The notes under the pieces were generated by a model that ran no database searches, had not been told where the DNA came from, and saw nothing but the letters and a program-made list of their open reading frames with translations. DNA of 57,114 nt, taken from contig CAILBQ010000461.1 of NCBI GenBank assembly GCA_903832475.1, forward strand, positions 1 to 57,114, read 5' to 3'. This document shows, one piece after another, positions 8,758-17,389 of the stretch (positions within the stretch are counted from its first letter, which is position 1; each line of letters begins with the position of its first letter). Origin of the DNA: an uncultured Acidobacteriota bacterium (GTDB lineage: Bacteria; Acidobacteriota; Terriglobia; Terriglobales; Acidobacteriaceae). A program made the position numbers and the translations under genes.

Positions 8758-9384
8758 ATGGGACGAGTGGAAGCTTTTTCTGACGGTGTGATTGCGGTCA
8801 TCATCACCATCATGGTTCTGGAATTGAAGGCTCCGGAGGCGGCGACGCCGGAGGCCTTGCGTGCGGCGCTGCCGGCGCTGTTTCTGTATGCGTTGAGCTT
8901 CATCATCGTGGCCAGCATGTGGGTGCATCATCATGGTCTGCTGAAGACGGCGAAGAAGACGACGCCGCGATTTTTGTGGAGCAACATCAACTTGTTGTTC
9001 TGGATGTCGCTGATTCCGTTTGCGACGGCGACGGTAGGGAAGTTTCCGCGCGATCCGTGGCCGGTAGCGGCGTATGCGGCGGTGTTTTTTCTGACTTCGC
9101 TCTCGTTTTCGATTCTGCAGACGGTGCTGGCACGGCACAATCGCGAGGATACGGCGCGGATGCAGAGTTTGTTGCGGGTGCGGTTCAAGGCGCTGTTTTC
9201 GGTTTTCTGTTACCTGGCTTCGATGGTGGCGGCGTTTGTGTACCTGCCGGTGGCGTATGGATTGTTCTTTCTTGTGGCGGTTGCATACGTGGTTCCGCCG
9301 CTGATGTTTGACCGGGAGTTTTCGGAGATTGCGCCGAGCGAACTCGAGGAGATGAAAGGCGTTGAAGCGGGAGTGGATTGCTGA
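8758..9384 (+). CDS. TMEM175-family (DUF1211) potassium channel
   Basis: RVEAFSDGVIAVIITIMVLEL first-helix motif, W-x-HH and LIPF-x-T; about six TM segments. Confidence 0.9.
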   Translation: MGRVEAFSDGVIAVIITIMVLELKAPEAATPEALRAALPALFLYALSFIIVASMWVHHHGLLKTAKKTTPRFLWSNINLLFWMSLIPFATATVGKFPRDPWPVAAYAAVFFLTSLSFSILQTVLARHNREDTARMQSLLRVRFKALFSVFCYLASMVAAFVYLPVAYGLFFLVAVAYVVPPLMFDREFSEIAPSELEEMKGVEAGVDC

Positions 9385-9958
9385 GTTGTCGACGAGCCGG
9401 ATGGTACTGCGTCCGCTGGAGCTGGGCGATGCGGCGCAGGTGCAGCCTCTGTTTGCGCAGTGGGACGTGGTGAAGTATCTCAATGGGAAGGTACCGTGGC
9501 CGTTTCCGGAGGATGGGGTGCTGCAGTATTACCGCGACGTGGCGCTGCCGGCGATGGAGCGCGGCGAAGAGTGGCATTGGACGCTGCGGTTGAAGACGGC
9601 TCCGGAGGTGGTGATTGGGGCGATCGGGTTGATGCGCTCGGATGCGGTGGGAAATCCGGAGCAGAACAATCGAGGGTTCTGGCTGGATCCGAAATGGCAG
9701 GGGCAGGGCTTGATGACAGAAGCGGTGTTGGCGGTGAATGACTACTGGTTTGAGGTGCTTGGGTTTGAGAAGCTGCGCGCGCCGAAGGCGGTGGTGAATG
9801 TGGCGTCGAGTGCGATTTCGCGGAAGACGGGGATGCGGCTGGTGGAGGTGAAGATGAGCGAGTACGTAAGCGGGCGGCTGGAGACGGAGGTTTGGGAGAT
9901 GACGCGGGAGGAGTGGAAAAGCAGCAAGTTAGCGAAAGGCAGCGAGTTAGCAAGTTAG
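9362..9958 (+). CDS. GNAT N-acetyltransferase (RimJ/RimL-like)
   Basis: T-x-R-x-x-LRP, GFWL-x-x-x-WQGQGLMTEA, N-x-AS-x-x-I-x-x-K-x-GM. Confidence 0.9.
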   Translation: MKREWIAELSTSRMVLRPLELGDAAQVQPLFAQWDVVKYLNGKVPWPFPEDGVLQYYRDVALPAMERGEEWHWTLRLKTAPEVVIGAIGLMRSDAVGNPEQNNRGFWLDPKWQGQGLMTEAVLAVNDYWFEVLGFEKLRAPKAVVNVASSAISRKTGMRLVEVKMSEYVSGRLETEVWEMTREEWKSSKLAKGSELAS

Positions 9959-9990
9959 CAAGAGGCAGCGGATTAGCAAGTCAGCAAGAA
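9921..9990 (+). repeat. Degenerate tandem repeat (about 8-bp AGCAAGTT units in 26-bp blocks)
   Basis: GCAGCGAGTTAGCAAGTTAGCAAGAG followed by GCAGCGGATTAGCAAGTCAGCAAGAA, preceded by a shorter copy. Confidence 0.7.
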
Positions 9991-10008
9991 GCGTCGGGTC
10001 GTCGGAAG

Positions 10009-12669
10009 TTATTCTGCGCGGAGGGCGGTGGTGGGGTTGATGGAGGCGGCGCGCTGGGCGGGGATCCAAGCGGCGAGGATGGCGAGGAGCGCGAGTAAGA
10101 GCGGGACGGCGAGGAAGGCGATGGGGTCGAGCGGGCTGGTGTTGTAGAGGAAGGTTTGCAGCCAGTGTCCGAGGAGAGCGGCGGTGGTGAGGCCGATGGC
10201 GGCTCCGGCGATGGAGAGGGTGAGGCCCTGGCGAAGGACGAGGGCGATGAGCTGGCGGCGGTTGGCGCCTAGGGCAAGGCGGATGCCGATTTCGCGGGTG
10301 CGGCAGTTCACCATGTAGGCGATGAGGGAGTAGACGCCGGCCATGCTGACGCCGAGAGCGAGAATGCCGAAGGCGAGCATGAGCGTGGTGAGGGATCGCT
10401 GCGACTGGGCGGAGTTGCCGACGACGGTGGCGAGCGACTGAACTTCATAGACGGGGACGGCGGGATTGAGGGCGTAAACGGCGCGGCGAATCGCGCTGGC
10501 TGCGGCTGCGGCATCGGTGCGGGTGCTGACGATGAGGCTCATGGCGGGTTCAAGCAGCGCCGGGGTGGGCGGGGTGTACATTTCTACGCCGGATTCGGTG
10601 TCGAAGGATTCGTGGCGGGTGTTGGAGACGATGCCGACGACAGTGAATGCGCTGGAGTCGAGGACGCCTTGCTTTGCTTCAAGGCCGAGCCACTCGATGT
10701 GCTTGCCGACTGGGTCTTGACCGGGCCAGTACTTCGTGGCCATCTGCTCATTGATGACGATGACGCGGGTGGCGCTGGTGGTGTCGGCTTCGTTCAAGAG
10801 GCGGCCGTGGAGCAGGCGGATGCCGAGAAGCGAGAAGTAGCTGGGAGAGACGGTGCGGCTGGAGCCCTGGTCGGGAGACTGGCGCGGGGGGCGGGGATTG
10901 TCTTCGACGTCGTAGGGGAAGCCTTCGTCGAAGCCGCGCATAGGGAGGGACGAGACGAGGGCGGCGCGTTCCATGCCGGGGGTGTGCTGGAGGCGGTCGA
11001 GGAGCGTGGCGTAGAAGTTGGCGCAGGTGCGGTGGGCGCCCTGGTCGGCGCAGGCGTTGGCATCGAGAGCGACCCGGGCGGTGAGGAGGTTGGCGGTCTG
11101 GAAGCCGGGATCGACGTGGACCAGGCGCCAGAGGCTGTGCAGCAGGAGGCCGGCGACGAGGATGACAACGGTGGCAAGTGCGATTTGTCCAGTGACGAGG
11201 AGGCCGGAGAGGCGGAAGTGCTCGCGGCCGGCGGAGTGGGCGGTGGCGTTGGATTTTAGCGCGTCCTGAAGGCGGCGAGGGCGTAGGCGGAGAGCGGGGG
11301 CGAGGCCGAATAGCAGGCTGGTCGCGAGGGATAAGCCGGCGATGAAGATCAGCGTGCCAGGGTGGAGGCCGACGTCGGCGAGGCGGGGGGTGTCGGCGGG
11401 GAGCAGGGATTTCAAGCCGGCCAGGACTAGTTGAGCGAGGGCGATACCGACGGCTCCGGCGACAAGGCCGAGGAGCAGGCTTTCGGTGAGCACCTGGCGG
11501 ACGAGGCGGCGCGCGGTGGCTCCGAGGGCGGAGCGGACGGCGATTTCGCGGGAGCGGGCGGCGGCGCGGGCGAGCATGAGGTGAGCCACGTTGGCGCAGG
11601 CGATGAGCAGGACCAAGGCGACGGCGGCGAAGAGAAGAAGCAACTTGGGGCGGGTGTCGCCGGTGAGGGAAGCGAGCAGCGGCTGAACGGTGACATCGGC
11701 GTACCAGCTGTCGGGCATGGGCCAGGGGAAGAGCTTGAGCCAGTGCGGATGCTGGGCGCGAAGTTCGGCCTGGGCGACGGCGGGGGTGATGCCGGGGCGG
11801 AGGCGGGCGATCATCTGTCCGCTGAACATGGCCCAGGGGTCGATGGGGTCGGCGGGGTTGATGGCGACGGGAAGCCAGAGCTGGGTGGATGCATCGGGAA
11901 AGTGGATGCCGGCGGGCAGGACGCCGAGAATGGTGCGGGTTTGGCCGTCGATGCGGAGGGTTTGTCCGATGACCTGAGGGTTGGCAGCGAGGTTCTGGCG
12001 CCAGTAGCCGTCGGAGAGGAGAACAACATTGTCGCGGCCGAGTATGTCTTCGCCGGGGAGGAAAGAGCGGCCGAGCTGGGGACGGAGGCCGAGGACGTCG
12101 AAGGCGTTGACGGTGACGGTGGATGCGAAGATGCGCGACGGGCCGGATGATGAGGTCACGGTGTGTTCGCGGGGCATGTCGTAACTCATGACCGAGGCGA
12201 AGGAGTGGTTTTGCTGCTGCACCGCGCGCACCCAGCCTTTGGGATAGAAGCCGTAGATTTTTACGAGTTGCTGCTGGTCGGCGAAGGGCAGGGGGCGAAG
12301 GAGGATGGAGTCGAGCAGGGAGAAGATGGCGGCGGTGGCACCGATGCCGGCAGCGAGCATGAGGATGGCGACAACGGAGAAGGCGGGGGCACGGAGGAAC
12401 TGGCGGGTCGCGAAGCGGAGGTCGGCGAGGATGCTGGCGAGGAAGGGGAAGCCGCGCTGGTCGCGGTAGAGTTCGCGGGTCTGGGGAATGTTGCCGAAGC
12501 GGAGACGGGCTTCGCGGCGGGCGGCGGCGGGGGAGAGGCCGCGGGCGAGGAAGTCGGCGGTGGCGGCTTCGAGGTGGGCGGCGATTTCTTCGTCGAGAAC
12601 GGAATCAGGATGGCGGCCGGGGAGGAGGCTGCGCAGGCGGGATGAGAGTTCGGCGAGGAAGTGGGGCAT
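10009..12669 (-). CDS. ADOP-type duplicated ABC permease (2x MacB_PCD + FtsX)
   Basis: LDEEIAAHLE prefix, DLRFATRQF, LVLLIACANVA, REIAVRSALGA, REIGIRLALGA, AWIPAQRAASINPTTALRAE; RBS GGAGG before ATG 12669. Confidence 0.95.
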   Translation of the reverse strand: MPHFLAELSSRLRSLLPGRHPDSVLDEEIAAHLEAATADFLARGLSPAAARREARLRFGNIPQTRELYRDQRGFPFLASILADLRFATRQFLRAPAFSVVAILMLAAGIGATAAIFSLLDSILLRPLPFADQQQLVKIYGFYPKGWVRAVQQQNHSFASVMSYDMPREHTVTSSSGPSRIFASTVTVNAFDVLGLRPQLGRSFLPGEDILGRDNVVLLSDGYWRQNLAANPQVIGQTLRIDGQTRTILGVLPAGIHFPDASTQLWLPVAINPADPIDPWAMFSGQMIARLRPGITPAVAQAELRAQHPHWLKLFPWPMPDSWYADVTVQPLLASLTGDTRPKLLLLFAAVALVLLIACANVAHLMLARAAARSREIAVRSALGATARRLVRQVLTESLLLGLVAGAVGIALAQLVLAGLKSLLPADTPRLADVGLHPGTLIFIAGLSLATSLLFGLAPALRLRPRRLQDALKSNATAHSAGREHFRLSGLLVTGQIALATVVILVAGLLLHSLWRLVHVDPGFQTANLLTARVALDANACADQGAHRTCANFYATLLDRLQHTPGMERAALVSSLPMRGFDEGFPYDVEDNPRPPRQSPDQGSSRTVSPSYFSLLGIRLLHGRLLNEADTTSATRVIVINEQMATKYWPGQDPVGKHIEWLGLEAKQGVLDSSAFTVVGIVSNTRHESFDTESGVEMYTPPTPALLEPAMSLIVSTRTDAAAAASAIRRAVYALNPAVPVYEVQSLATVVGNSAQSQRSLTTLMLAFGILALGVSMAGVYSLIAYMVNCRTREIGIRLALGANRRQLIALVLRQGLTLSIAGAAIGLTTAALLGHWLQTFLYNTSPLDPIAFLAVPLLLALLAILAAWIPAQRAASINPTTALRAE

Positions 12670-12676
12670 GCGGCCT

Positions 12677-12730
12677 CCTGTTGGTGTTCTACAGAGACGG
12701 TAGGCGGGGATGTGTTGAATGTCAACAGGG
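12677..12730 (-). promoter_or_regulatory. Sigma70-like promoter with two PadR-type operator-like palindromes
   Basis: Minus strand TTGACA-N17-TACCGT; TGTTGA-atg-TCAACA (12713-12727) and CTGTTGG-tgt-TCTACAG (12678-12694). Confidence 0.65.
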
Positions 12731-12806
12731 AAATGCGCGCTTGCGGGGTTGTTGGAGGGGGGTGTTCGCGAGATCAACAGAGCGGGATCGATTCAACATG
12801 GAGGCG

Positions 12807-12884
12807 AAAAGCAGATTCCCCTGAGGGGAATGACAGAAAGAAAGGCAAGGGCAATAGCAGAAAGAAATCAGAAGCAAAGGCAAA
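12807..12884 (+). repeat. REP-like family B element with A-rich tail
   Basis: AAAAGCAGATTCCCCTGAGGGGAATGACAGAAAGAAAGGCAAGGGCAA. Confidence 0.85.
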
Positions 12885-12942
12885 CCACCTGCCAATTCCC
12901 GTTGACAGATTCAGGAAAGAAAAGCGGATTTTTGGCGAGAGA

Positions 12943-13422
12943 TTACTTTGTGACGCGGTCGAAGACCCAGCGGTTGGTTTCGCTGTGGGAGGGGGTCTGT
13001 TTGTGCTCCAGCTCGGTGAGGGTCTGGGCGCTGTTGGAGAGGGTGTAGCGGATGGTGCTGGTGGCTTTCTGGCCGTTGGAGGCGGAGATGTCTTCGTGGA
13101 GGACGAGAGTGGCGCCTTGGCGCGTGAGCTTGGAGGCGAAGGTGAAGGGGCCGTCCTTTTCGATGTGGGGCGTGGAGGCGTTGAGGTCGAGGTCGATGGA
13201 AAAGATTTCCGGCTTGCGGGCGGAGTATTCGTGTTTGCGCTGGTAGTGCCAGCGGGTGCCGTTGAACGTGATGGTAACGACGCTGGTGGAGGGGGGATTG
13301 GGCGTTTCGAGTTTGCTTTTTGCGGGGTTGAGTTTCCAGGTGCCGGTGAAGGGTGATGCAGGCTGCGCGGGGAGAAGCGTTGCGGCGAGGAGGAGAGCGA
13401 GTATGGGGAGGGCGAGGCGCAT
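12943..13422 (-). CDS. Secreted hypothetical protein (lipocalin-like barrel)
   Basis: Signal peptide; FTGTWKLNPAKS and YTLS-x-x-x-QTLT motifs. Confidence 0.75.
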   Translation of the reverse strand: MRLALPILALLLAATLLPAQPASPFTGTWKLNPAKSKLETPNPPSTSVVTITFNGTRWHYQRKHEYSARKPEIFSIDLDLNASTPHIEKDGPFTFASKLTRQGATLVLHEDISASNGQKATSTIRYTLSNSAQTLTELEHKQTPSHSETNRWVFDRVTK

Positions 13423-13498
13423 GGTGTGATTCAAGTTTAGAGGCTAAGGGAAGACGATCGACGGGGAGATGAGGCTGGGAGAGGAAGAGCATATCTCA

Positions 13499-13560
13499 GC
13501 GGCTGAAGCCCGTCAGGTCTTCGTCGTTCGAAGTGCCGGAGAGGAATCTCCGGCCTACCC
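13499..13560 (-). repeat. GTAG-tagged REP-like element
   Basis: Minus strand GTAG-GCCGGAGA-ttcc-TCTCCGGC (13535-13558) plus a GGCTGAAGCC mini-hairpin. Confidence 0.6.
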
Positions 13561-13616
13561 GGTGGAGACAGGTTTGTAGCAGCGCGAGCCTTCGATCGGG
13601 AGAAAGATACTTGCGG

Positions 13617-14627
13617 CTATTTGGCCGGGGCCCAGGCGAGGCCGTCGGCGAGTTTGCCGGTGAAGATGCGGCGGGTAACGGTCCAGGTTTTTAGATCGAT
13701 TTCGGCGACCTGGTTGGACTGGTCGCAGGAAACGTAGGCGACGGCGTTGTCGGGACGGACGATGACTTCCTGCGGCGACGCGGGGACGTCGATGGTCTTG
13801 ACGACCTTCATGGACTGCAGGTCGATGACGGCGACCTTGTTCTGGGCGATGATGCAGACAATCAGCCAGCGGCCATCGGGAGTGGGGGCTGTGCCGTAAC
13901 CGGAACTGGGAAGCGGGATCCAGGATTTGAGCTGGTTGGTGGCGGTGTCGATGACGGCTAGCTGCGGCTTGGTCTGGTCGGAGGTGAAGGCGTACTTGTC
14001 GTCCATGGAAACAGACATGCGCTGGACTTCCTTGGACAGGGGTATGACGGTGACCAGTTTGCGGGCCTTGAGGTCCAGAACCGAGACGGTGCCGGGGCCC
14101 ACGTTGGCGGTGTAGCCGAAACGGCCGTTGTGAGAGAGCGCGAGGAGGTGGGATTCGACGGAGCCGGTGGGGATGGCGCCAATGAGCTTCGGCGCGGCGG
14201 GATCTTTGAGATCGAAGATTGAGACGGTCTTATCGAGCTCGGTGGTGACGTAGAGCAGACCATCGGGACCGACCACGGGACAGTGGGGACGCACGCCATG
14301 ATGGAAGTCGAAGGTGGAGACGACCTTGCGGCTGGGAATGTCGATGGTGACCATGGTGCTGCCGTCGGTGCCGGGCTTGCCGACGCCGGAGTTGCCGTAG
14401 ATGGGGACGTAGGCGTAACGGCCGTCCTTGGAGGCGGCGACCTCGTGGCCGGTGATGCCGCCCTCGGGGACCGATGCGAGGAGATGGCCGGTGGCGGGGT
14501 CAATGATGGCGAGAGACTGCGCGCCTTTTTCGGCGACGAGGAGGAGGCCGTGGTTTTGCGCCTCAAGGGCGAACGGCGAGAAGAGAAGCAGAATTGCGAC
14601 GATTTGCTTGAGGGGCCGGTTGAGCAT
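13617..14627 (-). CDS. Secreted YncE/YVTN-type beta-propeller protein
   Basis: Signal peptide from MLNRPLKQ; repeated PDG-x-x-x-Y and VSV-x-DL blades; RBS GGAG. Confidence 0.85.
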   Translation of the reverse strand: MLNRPLKQIVAILLLFSPFALEAQNHGLLLVAEKGAQSLAIIDPATGHLLASVPEGGITGHEVAASKDGRYAYVPIYGNSGVGKPGTDGSTMVTIDIPSRKVVSTFDFHHGVRPHCPVVGPDGLLYVTTELDKTVSIFDLKDPAAPKLIGAIPTGSVESHLLALSHNGRFGYTANVGPGTVSVLDLKARKLVTVIPLSKEVQRMSVSMDDKYAFTSDQTKPQLAVIDTATNQLKSWIPLPSSGYGTAPTPDGRWLIVCIIAQNKVAVIDLQSMKVVKTIDVPASPQEVIVRPDNAVAYVSCDQSNQVAEIDLKTWTVTRRIFTGKLADGLAWAPAK

Positions 14628-14782
14628 GGGATCTCCAGGACTGTTGGGACGAAATATTGGCGGACGCCTCACTATATCCAATCGGGCGGTGGTGGGGGGA
14701 GGAGGCGAGGAGTTGACGGGTGAGGCAGGCTGTTTGGGGGTCTGGGAACCCGTATTTCCCGGCATTGCAGATATGAATGCCG

Positions 14783-14847
14783 CCCACATCTCCGCGCAAA
14801 CTACGCGCGTCGGTATGGGGCACCCGGCCGGGGGATATGGGGTACCC
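14783..14847 (+). repeat. REP-like family A element with duplicated 3' end
   Basis: CCCACATCTCC...TATGGGGCACCC then GATATGGGGTACCC. Confidence 0.7.
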
Positions 14848-14859
14848 CTGGGCGCGTGG

Positions 14860-16425
14860 CTATGGGGTTTTGACGGGGGTGACTTCGGCGTGCTCGGCTG
14901 CGGGTCTGGCTGAGTCGGGGGCTTGCACACTCTCGGGAGCGAGGGGGAGTTCGACGCGAAACATGGTTTGGAAGCCGGGCGGCATGCCGTGGGTCTGGAG
15001 GGTAATGCGTCCGCCGCTCTTCTGAACGAGTTCGCGAGAAACCCAAAGGCCGATGCCGGTGCCGATGTCGACCTTGGTCGTGAAAAAGGGTTCGAAGATT
15101 CGCTCCGCGTCGGTCGGAGTAACCCCTGTTCCGTTGTCGCGAACGAGAATGAGGGCGCGGGTTCCCTGGCGAACAGTTTCGACTTCGATGATGCCGCCGG
15201 AGGAATGGAGGGCGTCGCAAGCATTGGACAGCAGGTTGGTGAGTATCTGGCGGAGATCGTCCTGGGGAATCGAGACGAGGAGGGAGTCGTCGGACAGGAC
15301 GCGCAATTTGGCGTCGCGAGCGAAGCATTTGGGCTGGAACATGCGGGCGACGCTGTCGAGGACGTCGTTGATGGGGGAGGGGCCATCGGCGCCGAGCGGG
15401 CGGGCAAAGGTGAGGGTATGCCGGGCGATGCTGGCGAGGCGGGCGACTTCGCGCTCGGCCTGCTCCAGGTAGCCGCGAGTTGTCGCGGAGAGGGAAGGGT
15501 CGGAATTTGCGAGGTAAAGGAGGTTGGTGACGGCCTCGAGTGGATTGTTGATTTCATGCGCGACGGTGGCGGATAGGCGGCCGACGGCGGCGAGTTTTTC
15601 AGCGCGAAGGAGGGCAAGTTCGGCGCGCTTGCGATCGGTCACGTCGATGGAGACACCGCGCCAGACCTTGGCTTGCTGCGGGGAGGGAGAGCCATGCGAG
15701 GCGATCCAATGGACTTCATCGTCGGGCCAGCGAACCCGAAATTCACAGTCGAATGGCTGGTGGGCGCGCACAGCGCTTTCGGCAGCATGAGCCAGAGCCA
15801 GCCGATCTTCTTCAAAGATGAGTTGGAAAGCGTCGTCGATGGTGGAGAGTTCGGCAAAGGGTCGACCGAAGATGCGAGAGCCGCCTTCGGCCCACTCAAT
15901 GGTCTTGTCGCCGAGGTTCATGGTCCAGGCGACGGAGTTGCCGCCCTGTTGGGCTTCGCTTAGGGCGTCGGTGCGCGCCTGGAGAGAGGCGAGGGTGAGA
16001 TTGAGGCGATTGCCGATGACACGTTGGCGGTGGAAGACGGCGGAGATGAGAAGCCCGACGGCGAAAATGATGGCGGAACGCAGAAGGGAGCGCGCGTCGA
16101 GTGCGAACAGCCCCTGATCCGTAAAAAGGGTGTGGTTGATAACCAGCGTGGTGACGATTGTGGTGACAAGGCCAGCGGGAAAACCGGCGAAGAGGGTGAT
16201 GCAAGCGATGGCGGCGAAACTAAGGGCGAGCGGTGTGCTGGAAAGCAGAGAGGAATGGATGCTGAGCGAAATGAAGGCCCAGGGAAGCAGGACGGCCGCA
16301 AACATCCCTGCAAATTGCGGCAGACGTTTCGTCCGTGGAAGGATTCCGATCCCTGGAGTTGTCATCGTCAAAGCAACCTCGAGGGGTGGAACTGCCGGGC
16401 GTTGAGCATGGGTAAGGAGGCTCAT
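14860..16425 (-). CDS. Membrane PAS-domain sensor histidine kinase
   Basis: About four TM segments, PAS/PAC (FRVRWPD...WI...DVTDRK), H-box AHEINNPL, N-box NLLSNA, DNGTG, FEPFFTTK, GTGIGL; start may be 16365. Confidence 0.92.
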   Translation of the reverse strand: MSLLTHAQRPAVPPLEVALTMTTPGIGILPRTKRLPQFAGMFAAVLLPWAFISLSIHSSLLSSTPLALSFAAIACITLFAGFPAGLVTTIVTTLVINHTLFTDQGLFALDARSLLRSAIIFAVGLLISAVFHRQRVIGNRLNLTLASLQARTDALSEAQQGGNSVAWTMNLGDKTIEWAEGGSRIFGRPFAELSTIDDAFQLIFEEDRLALAHAAESAVRAHQPFDCEFRVRWPDDEVHWIASHGSPSPQQAKVWRGVSIDVTDRKRAELALLRAEKLAAVGRLSATVAHEINNPLEAVTNLLYLANSDPSLSATTRGYLEQAEREVARLASIARHTLTFARPLGADGPSPINDVLDSVARMFQPKCFARDAKLRVLSDDSLLVSIPQDDLRQILTNLLSNACDALHSSGGIIEVETVRQGTRALILVRDNGTGVTPTDAERIFEPFFTTKVDIGTGIGLWVSRELVQKSGGRITLQTHGMPPGFQTMFRVELPLAPESVQAPDSARPAAEHAEVTPVKTP

Positions 16426-16512
16426 CGCGCGAAGGAGGTACTGGACAAGGAATTTTCAAGATAAGGATACGGCGAAAGAGCAAGAACGGCAAGAATTAGC
16501 CGTTGCGGCTGG

Positions 16513-17385
16513 TTACGGCCCGGTTGGTCGCGAAGCAGCGCTGGCGGCCTTCCTGCGCGATGCCAGGAAGCGCCACAAGGCAATCAGGCCAGTGCCGAGG
16601 GTGCCGAGCAGCCATTGCCAGTTGTTGGCGATGAATTGTTCGACGGCCCCTCTTTTGTTGACTTGAACCTGCACATCGCGATCGATGGAGACGAAGTCCC
16701 GGGAGAGGTCCTGGAGTTCGACGGTAGCGGCGAGGTGAAGCTGGAGCTGGCCGGCATGTTTGGGAAGGATGGTCCACTCCCATTCGGTGGGCATAGCGCC
16801 GCCGACCTCCTGCTCCTCGGTACTGAGTGGGGTTATATCGAAGTCGGCGCTGCGGAGGGACATTTTCATCCGAGTAGAGACAGGAGTGGGTGCCGAGTCG
16901 ATCGTGGAGCCAGGGGAAGATGGCATGCCGCCGGTCAGGCTGGTCACATGGCTTCCGCCGATATGGGCCACGACGGTGGCGGATTGCCCCGTGAACATGG
17001 AAACGGGCGTGCTGTAGGCAACTTTGCCCTGGTCGAGTTTTTGCAGACTGGCAGCGAGAGCCAGTTCATCGGGATCGTTGCCGGGGGATTCGGTATGCGC
17101 GCTGGACTTGGGGGCAACGGGTGGTGGTCCCGCGATGTCATCCCTCTTCTCATGGGGTGCTTTTGGGGCGGTGTGCGGGGCGGAGAGCGAATCGTGGGAC
17201 GGGGGAAGCGGAGGCTTCTTCTTGCCGGGACGGGCGCGCAGAACCTCCTGCCGGGTTTGCATGGCGGGCGGAGCTGGGGCGGTGGTGCAGCCCACCAAGA
17301 AGAAGACGACGACGGCCGCGACGCACCCAGCCCGGCGTAGCGCTTGTTTTCCCAATCGATCCTCCTGCCGGTACTTTGTCTTCAT
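16513..17385 (-). CDS. Hypothetical lipoprotein with C-terminal TM helix
   Basis: Lipobox LVGC, Pro-rich linker, Ig-like WEWTILP region, C-terminal WQWLLGTLGTGLIALW-RRK. Confidence 0.65.
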   Translation of the reverse strand: MKTKYRQEDRLGKQALRRAGCVAAVVVFFLVGCTTAPAPPAMQTRQEVLRARPGKKKPPLPPSHDSLSAPHTAPKAPHEKRDDIAGPPPVAPKSSAHTESPGNDPDELALAASLQKLDQGKVAYSTPVSMFTGQSATVVAHIGGSHVTSLTGGMPSSPGSTIDSAPTPVSTRMKMSLRSADFDITPLSTEEQEVGGAMPTEWEWTILPKHAGQLQLHLAATVELQDLSRDFVSIDRDVQVQVNKRGAVEQFIANNWQWLLGTLGTGLIALWRFLASRRKAASAASRPTGP

Positions 17386-17389
17386 TTTG

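Noticed and set aside
12895-12920. TTGACA in CCCGTTGACAGATTCAGG as a third PadR operator or promoter
   Set aside because: Arms do not form the N3-spaced palindrome, and no plus-strand gene follows
13617-15617. 666-aa ORF suggesting a long N-terminal extension on the YncE-like protein
   Set aside because: The extension is Pro/Ser-rich off-frame read-through of the histidine kinase gene and a REP; the RBS and signal peptide place the start at 14627
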